From NCBI GenBank assembly GCA_001599295.1, contig BCGN01000009.1, forward strand, positions 620,001-661,001: a stretch of DNA of 41,001 bases, written 5' to 3'. This stretch comes from Sporopachydermia quercuum. Lineage: Eukaryota. Positions 21,108 through 31,155 of the stretch are shown piece by piece. The translations under genes were made by a program, and so were the position numbers. Below the pieces are notes generated by a model, which worked only from the letters and a program-made list of their open reading frames with translations, made no database searches and was not told the origin of the DNA. How positions within the stretch are numbered: position 1 is the stretch's first letter; each line of letters opens with the position of its first letter.

Positions 21108-24100
21108 CTTGAATTATACGCTTAAAGTGAAAAACTAATCTTCGAATGTGTCGCTAGTACTGTGATAAGAAATATTCAATAACCATCAACAATAACAACA
21201 AATTAGAAACGTATTTCGTTATGCTCTCCTATTAATAATGATACTCTCTTCTCTTCTTACTATTCTTATTATCCTACCAACAAATGGTTCACCTTGCTTT
21301 TTTTTGGGGAAAAATAATATCCTACTCTAATTATTATTTAGCTACTTCTTCCTAACAATCAACGTTGTTGTTCCGTTTATTATGATATCTTTTTCAATCC
21401 TGTTATCTTTCGTTCTCTGACTCACACGATGCACCAAGTCGAAACTGCAATGCAAGAGACAAACGAAAATAGGCAGTGGATGTAAAAAGCAGAGGAACCA
21501 AATTAACCTTTTGTGATTTTAACTAGTGTTTTGATTATGATTGTAAACCAACCACCAAAAGGAAAAGTATTAAAAGAAGGTATACGCTTTGGATTTATTT
21601 CAAAGATGTAAACAAAAAGATCAACGAATCGCAGATTCATTCATTGCTTTGATATATATTTATTTCTTATAAGGCGATTAACCCCTCTATTAAAAGAATT
21701 CTTGTCTGATAAACAAATTGTAGCTAATAGTAAAAAAATGACCCATACACGTATCAGAATGACAAAATGTAAAGTTTGAAGCCTAATTAAGGAGTATGCA
21801 ATATTAATGCAGACCTTGGGCGATTGATATGGTAGTAAAGTTAAGGTTTCGCAAGACTAACAATAGGGTTTATGTATGTACATGTGAAATCTAAATAGCG
21901 TATATCATGTGACTTGAACAAATAAATAGCATTCAAAAGTAATTTGGTTGAGAATCGTATGAAAGTGCGTGCTAATTCGTAAGAATTAAAGTGTTGTATT
22001 TTCTTAAACATTGAAATTTAGAATATCTTATGATAGAATTAGTAGAATAAAGTACCTGAATTGAAAATTAGTATAAACATTTGCTTCTGAATAAGGAAAT
22101 TTTTCTTTGGATAAGAATAAGAATGTAATGAAATATATCAAATCCGATCATTGACTGATCTTTAGTGTAGTTTTGGTATGCTGTTGTCTCGTAGCCATAT
22201 AGGTTATGTTCAGAGGGTTTACTTGAATGATGCAATCTAGAGAAGAGGGAGAGAATATTGTTTTAGATGAGGAATAGTGCAGGAGATGAGAACAACGATA
22301 AGAAGATACAGAAGAGAGTAAAAGGGTAAGACTGAAACAGGAAGGCCTGATAAACATAGGAAGGACACAAGAATGTGTCAACATTTAGGTACTAGTGATA
22401 TAATATAGATTTGTAGTTATTATGGCAGAACTGTGGAATATGAATCTCTATTGAATAATAAGTTAATTGATCAATAAATAGAGAATTTTCTCAGGAGATT
22501 GACAATTTTTGATCCGCATTATATGCGGTTGAAGTTACCTATTGAATACTTTCTTCATCTTGCCATGAACTGTTTGGAGATGAGTCAAATTAGCCTTTAA
22601 ACCAGTGAAACTCGTTAACAAGAAATAATTGCTGACTGGAAAGTCTATTTCAATAGAAAACCCGTTGAAAACGAAGAGTTCAAATTGTAAGTTGGAAGCC
22701 GTATATAAGATTCATTCATCTGCATTTCACCTAATTGATAGATGATAATGAAAATACGCATAATTCGAACGGCAATAAACGTCAAAAAAGCACGAGCTAC
22801 CTCATAACAACATAACTTATTTACGAATCAGCTTGCAAGCAGCAATTTTATCATTTGCTAGAAATAATACCTTTCAAATGTTTGCTGATCATTCAGCAGG
22901 AGGAATTTTTGATCTTCAGACACGGAGATGTGAAAATTTCATTGATGTGTCAGTAGCAACTCTAAAAGCGTAATTTAGTCTGAAGGCGCAGACCTTTTTT
23001 CCATTTGCTTGATAGAAAGAAAATTCTTTGTGGCGTGAGAACCCTTTTTCGTCTATTTTAGGATAAAACCGGTTTAACAATGTGGCAAACTTTACCAATT
23101 AGGATTGAATAATCATTTGCAATATTTTGCTTTCTCCTGCATAGATGCATAATCATGCATGAGATGTTATATGAATACAACAATACGAAGATGAGACAGA
23201 AATGTGATGCAGAATAATGAATGATTGATCAATCGTTGGAATTGAAGTACATTTGTATTGCTTTTATGGACAACGAGCGTTTGATTTTCTTTCCATTCAG
23301 CTGTTATTTCTGGTGTTTTAAAACTTGTCGACTTCGGCTGCAGCTGGAAGCGGCAAGAGAGCTACTTGAATACTTGGAGATGTTTCATACATGATTCCTT
23401 TTATGCAACAGGAGCAGGTTGGGTCCAAGGAAATAACGAGAAATGATCAAATTATGAACGGAAAACGCAGAAGGTAGTCGCACGTTTATTGATTAAGCTG
23501 ACTTAAGCATCTACAATTACTGTAATTACTACTTTTGCTATGAATTCCACTTTTAGGCAACACATCAGCAATCTACTACAAGAATACCAACATCTCACTA
23601 TATACAGTCAATACTTCTTTCTGCGAAATCATGAATAACAAAACGAATAAACCGGAAATATCTCCATAATCCAAGCNCTTATACCATAGTTGGGCAATTG
23701 TAAGTATCGACTAACGAGTGGTGTATAACGACATATTACTTTATACACTATAGAAACAGCTAGTTGTCTTGTCAACTACTATCCTTCATCATCTCATCAG
23801 GAATACTACTGTTTGCAAGCTATTTTGTTTATTCTCATCGAAATTCAATTAAACCTTCGTAAATGTCAGTCTCCCCAGTAATGACCAAACTTCAATCAGT
23901 TGAACTTTTTTTTCTATATGAAAGGAGTAAAATCCTTTCTTTCGTTGTATATCTCTCATTTGTTGAAAATCGAATCTCGAATCTCCTCTTCTTTTGGCCA
24001 TCTGGTTATAGTACAAGATACCGATCGATCACCAACAAAGTGCATCCTCATTACCAACAAATATTCTTGGAAGAACTAGTAAAGTAGAAAGCATTGTAAT

Positions 24101-25020
24101 AAACATTGATTATTATTTGAATTCGAACTAGAATAAAAATATCAACACAGGAGAATAACCAGTAATACTCTCTAACAGTCTGACCTGAACCCGTCAACCT
24201 TTCGTACAACACTCAGAACTAGTCACATATCAAACAAGTATAATATTTATTTCAATCGTAATTCGTCTATACATCATATAAAAAGTACCATTGCATTCCT
24301 CGAAGCTTCCTCTTCAATTCATAAACTTATCTCGTTCTCTCCTATAATATTTCCTCATAAATCTCCGCCCTCTCTTTTCTCATTGCCTACTTCCCAAACT
24401 GTTCCACCCACCGCATTCCGAAGTACCTGTCATTCACCATCACTATTTCTACTATTCATCCAGAAACCGCTTCCGGCTCTTAAAATTCACATTTAACTAT
24501 CAAAATCCATGCCACAGTATAACTACTTTCCATTGAAGTACTTCTCTTCCAATTCCTTGCATTTTCCACCAGAATATTCATTCATCCATCCATTCTTTCA
24601 GCCATCCGTCAATCAATCACTTCGTGCCATACAAATTAACTTTTTCCGCACAGTGAAGAAAATTTTCACGCTTTCGTAAATCAGAAAAAACGGGTTCTTT
24701 TTATTATGAAGAAGAGATGACAATAATTGAAGAATGGTAGGAATGGAAATTCGATAAAGAGAGGATAAAAGAGACCATAATAAATATTATAAAACAAAGA
24801 ATATACGAACTATTAAATGTTTTATGAACAGTATATTTTTGTTGCTCGCGTTTTAAATTAGGAGGCATATCGGTTTATTAATTGATTGTTTTTTAGTACT
24901 GTAGTGTGGAAAGAGATTCAATTCAACACGGGAAGAAAGAACAGAAGTGGAGATTTGTTTGACAAGTAGAATTAAATATATCAAAGCAGAACATAGTACG
25001 ATCGAATAGTACACCATTTC

Positions 25021-25060
25021 ATATCATAGCATAACATAACATAGCATAGCATAGCATAAC
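25021..25060. repeat. Pentanucleotide tandem repeat (ATANC)8
   Basis: ATATC ATAGC ATAAC ATAAC ATAGC ATAGC ATAGC ATAAC, about 250 bp upstream of the protease ATG. Confidence 0.85.
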
Positions 25061-25303
25061 ACGGCCTCGCGAATTGAAAGATCTAGCAATAGAGAAATCA
25101 TAAGTGGATAAACTATAACGAAGCACCCTCAATAGATGAATCACTATTTGTCAATTGATTCTATAGTTTTATCATTCTAGTGCTTGTTGGATTATCAATT
25201 TTTGCACCTATTGATTCTACATATTTATTAATGTTATTACTATCAATACTGTCATCTTTGTTCTTATCATCCATACTATCCTGATCCTTTTCCGAATCCT
25301 ACT

Positions 25304-28300
25304 ATGGTCAAGTTATGTCATTCCAAAGAAAAAGGATTTTGGATCGATGGATCAGATTCAAATGAATCTTTATTAAAGCCTGAAGATTTGGGTAGCAGGA
25401 ATAATAGGAATTCAACCCCTAATCTCAAATCAACGAATTCTGTTCATTATTCTAATGGTTTCAATGATCTTTTGCTATCTAGCGAATTCGAACTATCAAC
25501 CTCTGATGTTCGTTCTGCTTACTCAATAGCAAACCTATCGTCATCGGCCAATAAAAGCAGGACTTCAAACGTTAGCAAGTTAAATAAACGTGTTAGAAAC
25601 TCATTTAATGAAAACAGTGTTGATAACAAAAGTAATAAAAATAATAAAAATAGCATCAGTAGCAACAGCACTACTCCTCCGGTAACTACTATCAATTTAG
25701 ACGTTTCGCAATGGGCCATTCAAGTTGATGAGAACATCTTCATCAAATATGCTAAAGCAGCATCAGTTTCTGCACCAAATCATCATCGACATTCGCCAGT
25801 TGAGGATAAAAATGAGAATGCAAGAGAGAAAGAAATGAAAGAGAAACTGAATTCAATTCTGTTTATTGAAAATTCTTCGCTTGACCCAAAACCTCTGGTT
25901 ATTCATAAACTACCTTTTGACCTGCCGGGGAGACCTTTAAGGTATACGTCAAAGGTTGAATATCCCAAGCTGAAGAGTCTTTTCACGCTGCTTGGGTTAA
26001 TCAGGAAGGTGAATTATGAAAATGGTGACAATAGAATTAATAGTGATAATGATGATGATTATCATAATGACTCTATGAATAAGAAGAGGAAACTATCAAA
26101 AGAGCGCACCACATCTTCATCTTCATCTACGAGTCCAAATTCTTCGTCAAAATTCACTCTTCTTGATAAGTTATTGGAAAAAGTATTATCATCAAGCATC
26201 AATTCGAACCCCATCCTTTCAATCCAATCCCATACGAAAACTTCGTTGTTAATAATGAAAATATATCAGTCATGGCTAGAAGGATTAGAAATCAGCTTTA
26301 ACAGCATGAATGGTAGACCAGCATCATCAACCAAACAGCTGAAATTGAAAATTGGTAAATCAGATTTTCCTTTGAATGAAGCAAATTATATTCAATTCAT
26401 AACAAAAGAGTATTGGATGATTTCTGACTATCTAGAAACAAGAGCTCAAGTGTTCTATGAAGATGAAGAGAAGTTCGACAGTTTGGTGGCACAGGTTAAC
26501 TCAATGGTTGATGATTTTGACTGGTTTAGCAAAACAGAAAACGGCAGATTCATATTAGATGATAATGATAATATTAATATTAGTGACAATGAAGATACCA
26601 ATGAAAATATCAATGACGATGAGAGTGAGAATGAGAATGTCAGCAGCGAGCATCAACAACAGCATAATAAGCCTAATAAGCATAGCATGAATGGTGATAG
26701 TAGTAATAACACTACTAATACTATTGTCAAGTCTTCTTCACCATTGAGTAAAAAGCTGAAGAAAACCACGGAAACGAAACACAAGAAACTAGAGAATAAA
26801 GTATACGAAATCGTTTTATTATATTTGGTGTTAGAACAAATGTCGTGTTTGCTCTATTATTCAATCAGTGCAAATAGTACTAAGANTACGACTTGTAGTA
26901 TTACTAGCAGTAAGGTGAAAGTAATGAAGGAAACATTCAATAAAACAGTCAGACTTATCAAATATTTACAGGAGAATTCAAGTTTGGTTAAAAGTTACGT
27001 TAGTTCTTTCAAATCGGATTCTGCTGTTGTTTTCAAAGGTTGTAAACTGGAATTAAAGGAATTTGATTATGATACTAGTGATGATGCTAGTGATAGTGCT
27101 TCTATTCCTACTCTTCCTACTACGCCAAACAGATATTCTATCAACACTAGCCCAGATTCAATAGAAAATCCTCCGGCATCTATTTCTATCCTATCAAACA
27201 AAGATTGGTCTCTCCTCGATAGATATACTAATGAAATTCTTGACGCTGCTTATACTGATATGTATAAGTTCTGTATGAGATCATTAAGATATCATCAAAG
27301 AACTTCCTGCTTTGGAATTACTATCAACACGTCTGACTTATCAACATTAAAACGAAGCGGAGAAATCACTGATTCTATCATCAATCTTGTTTACGAAATG
27401 CTTCAAAATTATATCGTCAAAGATATATTCCCTGATCATAAGGAAGAAGTTTTACTGCTAACACCGTCAGTGGCAAGTCTCATTAATGATCAAGAGCGAT
27501 ATTCTGACGCTGAGCTGAAAATGCTATTACCACCGATGAATAAATCCAAGTTGATATTCATTCCAATCAATTCTAGGCTCTTTGCTAATGACGACGGTAC
27601 TCACTGGTCGTTGTTGGTTATATCAACCGATGAGAGAGTTGCTTATGTTTACGATAGTTTCAACAATGCTAATAGATATGTTCATGATACCACTATCAAA
27701 CGGCTGAGAAAAGTGCTAGGAAATGGCAAAGGTAAGATCAGGAAGATTGATATGGACTGCTACCAGCAAGATAATGAATATGACTGTGGGATAATTGTTA
27801 TTCAGATAACGCTGTTTCTGTTATCGCGGATGGTTAATCTGAGCAAGAAATATGAAAGGGCAACCGAGAGAGAAGAGAAGAATACTAATGCTAATTCTGC
27901 TAATTATTCCCTGCCCATTAGTATGAATTTGGAGAATATTGTTTTCAATTCAGTCAATTGTCGATTTGTCATTATTGGTCTGATTTATACGTTTATGAAA
28001 CAGTTCAATCAAGTGTCAATTGACAAATTCAGTAGTAATGGCGTTAACGATGATTATAAAAGCCCAGTTAAAGAAATGAGAAGATATAGAAGTGTCAGAG
28101 ATAGAAAGAAAGATAAAAGGAATAACGATAGCTCTGAGACTACTAGTAGTAGTAATAGCAATAGCAATAGTATCAATACTGGCAGTAATAATACTAGTTC
28201 TAACGCTGAAACGTCTGATTCTGAAGATATTTCATCAGAAACTGAAGATAATGATGACTTTAGAAGCAATGAGAAGAGAAAGAACAACAAGAAGAAGAGT

Positions 28301-28876
28301 ACTAAGAAAGAGTTAGAGNGCACTGTTGCTACTGCTGTTACTGCTGTTGCTTCTGACACTGCTGCTCCTAATAGTAATGAATCTACCGTATTAAAAAGCA
28401 AAGGAAAGAAGCCTCTGAAGAGTAAAAAGAATAGTAAAGTAAATGGTGATAAGGCAAGTAGCACCAATGATATTTCTGGTATTACAAGCTCTACAAGCTC
28501 TAATGACTATAATAGAGCTAATGATCCTCTTACTTCCAGCTCATCTAGCCCAATTGCTAGTNCTTCTTCCGATAATGACTTAAATGGGGAGCTCGGTTCC
28601 GACGATGGAGATAACAATAGTAATAGTAATGAGAACGAGAACGAGAACGATGAATTGACTTCTTCATCAGATGATGCATTTGCTTCATTGGAGTATCCTG
28701 TTCCTTTATTTTCATTTGGTAATCATGACCGTGATAGACTAAGAAAGAAGCAAAGGAAGTTGAAGCTGAAATTAAGNAATCTATCGAGAGCAAACGGCAA
28801 TAGAGACTATATAGTTCATTCTTTAAGATCAAAGCAATTACGTGCTAGAAGAGTTAGAAATATAAGGAGACATTAA
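25304..28876 (+). CDS. Ulp1/C48-family ubiquitin-like-protein protease, NEDP1/DEN1/SENP8 (deneddylase)-like, 1190 aa
   Basis: FIPIN...GTHWSLLV (His767), YVYDSF (Asp784), QQDNEYDCG (Cys828). The insertion between IN and GTHW is typical of NEDP1. Catalytic domain at about 27300-27990. Confidence 0.85.
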   Translation: MVKLCHSKEKGFWIDGSDSNESLLKPEDLGSRNNRNSTPNLKSTNSVHYSNGFNDLLLSSEFELSTSDVRSAYSIANLSSSANKSRTSNVSKLNKRVRNSFNENSVDNKSNKNNKNSISSNSTTPPVTTINLDVSQWAIQVDENIFIKYAKAASVSAPNHHRHSPVEDKNENAREKEMKEKLNSILFIENSSLDPKPLVIHKLPFDLPGRPLRYTSKVEYPKLKSLFTLLGLIRKVNYENGDNRINSDNDDDYHNDSMNKKRKLSKERTTSSSSSTSPNSSSKFTLLDKLLEKVLSSSINSNPILSIQSHTKTSLLIMKIYQSWLEGLEISFNSMNGRPASSTKQLKLKIGKSDFPLNEANYIQFITKEYWMISDYLETRAQVFYEDEEKFDSLVAQVNSMVDDFDWFSKTENGRFILDDNDNINISDNEDTNENINDDESENENVSSEHQQQHNKPNKHSMNGDSSNNTTNTIVKSSSPLSKKLKKTTETKHKKLENKVYEIVLLYLVLEQMSCLLYYSISANSTKXTTCSITSSKVKVMKETFNKTVRLIKYLQENSSLVKSYVSSFKSDSAVVFKGCKLELKEFDYDTSDDASDSASIPTLPTTPNRYSINTSPDSIENPPASISILSNKDWSLLDRYTNEILDAAYTDMYKFCMRSLRYHQRTSCFGITINTSDLSTLKRSGEITDSIINLVYEMLQNYIVKDIFPDHKEEVLLLTPSVASLINDQERYSDAELKMLLPPMNKSKLIFIPINSRLFANDDGTHWSLLVISTDERVAYVYDSFNNANRYVHDTTIKRLRKVLGNGKGKIRKIDMDCYQQDNEYDCGIIVIQITLFLLSRMVNLSKKYERATEREEKNTNANSANYSLPISMNLENIVFNSVNCRFVIIGLIYTFMKQFNQVSIDKFSSNGVNDDYKSPVKEMRRYRSVRDRKKDKRNNDSSETTSSSNSNSNSINTGSNNTSSNAETSDSEDISSETEDNDDFRSNEKRKNNKKKSTKKELEXTVATAVTAVASDTAAPNSNESTVLKSKGKKPLKSKKNSKVNGDKASSTNDISGITSSTSSNDYNRANDPLTSSSSSPIASXSSDNDLNGELGSDDGDNNSNSNENENENDELTSSSDDAFASLEYPVPLFSFGNHDRDRLRKKQRKLKLKLXNLSRANGNRDYIVHSLRSKQLRARRVRNIRRH

Positions 28877-29497
28877 TAACTGGGAGAGGTGATAGTATGA
28901 TGTGTTTAGTGAATGAAACGGGTATAGATTTATGAAATTTAATAAATTTCTGTATGTAGTAGAACAAATAATAGTAATAATGATGGTCACAGTAATAGAA
29001 CTAGTAAGAATGTGAGTTGCCCATGTAAGTATAATAGCTGGCCATTGATCATCGTCAAAGGAAAGGATGGGATTCCCGAAGAGTCAAAATCAAAATCCAC
29101 ATTAGTTGGCAAAACATTATCAGGACTGCTCAGTAAAAGTAGTTATACTGCAAATTCAATTTAATTAGTGGATGCTTTCTCAACTAAAAGTACGGAAAAA
29201 GCAGCGCAACTATGGAAAAGATCTACTTTGTATAGTTCTGGCTGATAGTTGATGAAAGGACGATAACTAAGACAACAAGTGATTTGAACCATGAATCACA
29301 TTACAAGAAGATGCAAAGAATTGCTTGCTTGAAGCAGAGGAAAGAACGATTCTTTTGATAGTAAAAAATGATTCAGATGTCCAGCAAAGAGGCAAAGGAA
29401 ATGATCACGTATTGGTAGAAGTAAAAGAGCTGGAAAAGCTCGTCATAGTAGAAATGAGTTACTATGAGCTCAAGCGGGGCATTAAGAAAGGCTCCTG

Positions 29498-29533
29498 TTC
29501 TTCTTCTTCTTCTTCTTCTTCTTCTTCTTCTTC
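29498..29533. repeat. (TTC)12 microsatellite
   Basis: Perfect trinucleotide run between convergent genes. Confidence 0.95.
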
Positions 29534-30082
29534 TTTTAGAGCAAATGATCAGCTATATAATCATTGCGTAATTATTATCAAAATTGGTTCTTTATTTCTA
29601 TTTACCTTGTATTGATAATCGTTCTCGGCTGAAAATAATGATGACCTTTTGCGAGTTGCTCACTGATAGTATGCTCATGACAGAAGGACTAACGTTGATA
29701 GCCATAAGTTGGTTGATTTAATGAATATGCGAATATGAATGTAAATAGAATGGATGAGAACAATGAATAATACTTTCATTTTGTTCCTGGTGCTGCTGTT
29801 TAGGTTGTAGTACTGCAGATAAATATATAATCTTATTTCTAGCCTAAATAATAGCAGGTAAGCCGATATAATCGTGTTAGTCACGTAACTGAGTAAAAGC
29901 AGAGCTACAAATAAAAAAGAGCAAAGCGTCCACAGTATCTACAAGTTGTAATTACTTTGGTATTCTAACTATTATAACAACTGATTTGATTATCTAGCTA
30001 TCCAACATCTACACTTATCTACTCCTTATTCTTATTCATGTTCTCCTCTTGTAATACATCTATTCTATTTATTCTATACTCC

Positions 30083-31155
30083 TCAAACTCTACAATTTGA
30101 AATATTGAAAACCAAAATATCGCTGGCACCAGCAGCCTTCAATTCATCCATAATCGTTGCAGTCTTCTTTGCCTCAATCATAACACTCACGGCTACCCAT
30201 GCGTCCTCCTCTAATGGCGAAACAGTAGCAGCTCTCCGGCCAGGGGTAATTTTCAATAAAACATTTAGATTACTTCGGGGAGCGTTATAATTACATAAAA
30301 CGTATCTTGAAGCAGCAATGACTCCTTCGATTCTCGCTTTGATCTTTTCAATCAATTCAACATCAGTTGGGTTAGTAGATTGAATCAAATAAGCCGAGGT
30401 TTTCAATAGTGTGTCAATAGCCACTAGTCCAGCAGCTCTCATGGTTTCACCAGATTCAACAAGATCAACAATACCATCAGCAACACCTAGTGCACATGCA
30501 GCTTCAACTGATCCTCCAACGTATTTGATTTTGGTCTTCAATAATGATTGATACTCGGAAACGGATTTGTACTTTGTAATGTCGATTCCTTCAAGTTTCG
30601 CAAAATATTCGGTTGTCAATGTTGTAAAACTGGTGACAATGTTCTTACCGATCAGTTCCTTTGGATCTCTAATTGCTCCAGCTTCTGGAACCTGGACTTG
30701 AAGCCTACAGTTGCCGAATCCCAAATCAGTGCAGAGATCAACGTTTACTTTTGATTCTTGCACTTGATCAACGCCAGTGATACCTAGAGAACATCTACCT
30801 TCGCCTACAAATCTGGGGATGTCAGCAGCTGGCAAGAAGATGAGAGCAATAGGGAAATTNGTTGATAAGGCAATATCCAGTCTGTTGCTTCTATGGAATT
30901 GGATGTCTGCTCCTTTCAAAAGATCCAAGCAGTTGTTGTACAGTCTTCCTTCTATAGTAGTTGTTAGTCTTTCTGTAGCAATAGGTAGCAAATGAGAATA
31001 GCGAGNGACACTTGNAAAGTATGTCGGAAATGTGTGTAGTATTCTACACCATACAATACTAAGTNATACTATACTTCTTGATGGTGATTCAAATGAAACA
31101 TACTCTTAGGGACTGCAAACAATAAACGGTCAGTCAAATGATTAACCAAATCCAT
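30083..31155 (-). CDS. HIS1: ATP phosphoribosyltransferase; complement(join(30083..30951,31104..31155)), 306 aa
   Basis: Exon 1 encodes MDLVNHLTDRLLFAVPK; a phase-1 intron joins it to KGRLY...; GSVEAACALGVADGIVDLVESGETM signature; C-terminal NCRV. Confidence 0.97.
30952..31103 (-). other. Spliceosomal intron of HIS1 (152 nt)
   Basis: GTATGT donor at 31103; GACTAAC branch at 30969-30963; TAG ending at 30952; restores PKKGRL. Confidence 0.93.

Noticed and set aside
23700..23718. GTAAGT immediately followed by GACTAAC and GAG, a possible ultra-short intron
   Set aside because: About 19 nt is too short for a yeast spliceosomal intron, and there is no host ORF.
25304..28876. Possibility that the C48 protease is transposon cargo (MULE/CACTA-type ULP)
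   Set aside because: No transposase, terminal inverted repeats or target-site duplication seen; motifs fit cellular NEDP1.
28946..29615. ATG-less open frame after the protease stop, and the 96-aa poly-Ser ORF
   Set aside because: No supported splice path into them; the poly-Ser comes from the (TTC)12 microsatellite.
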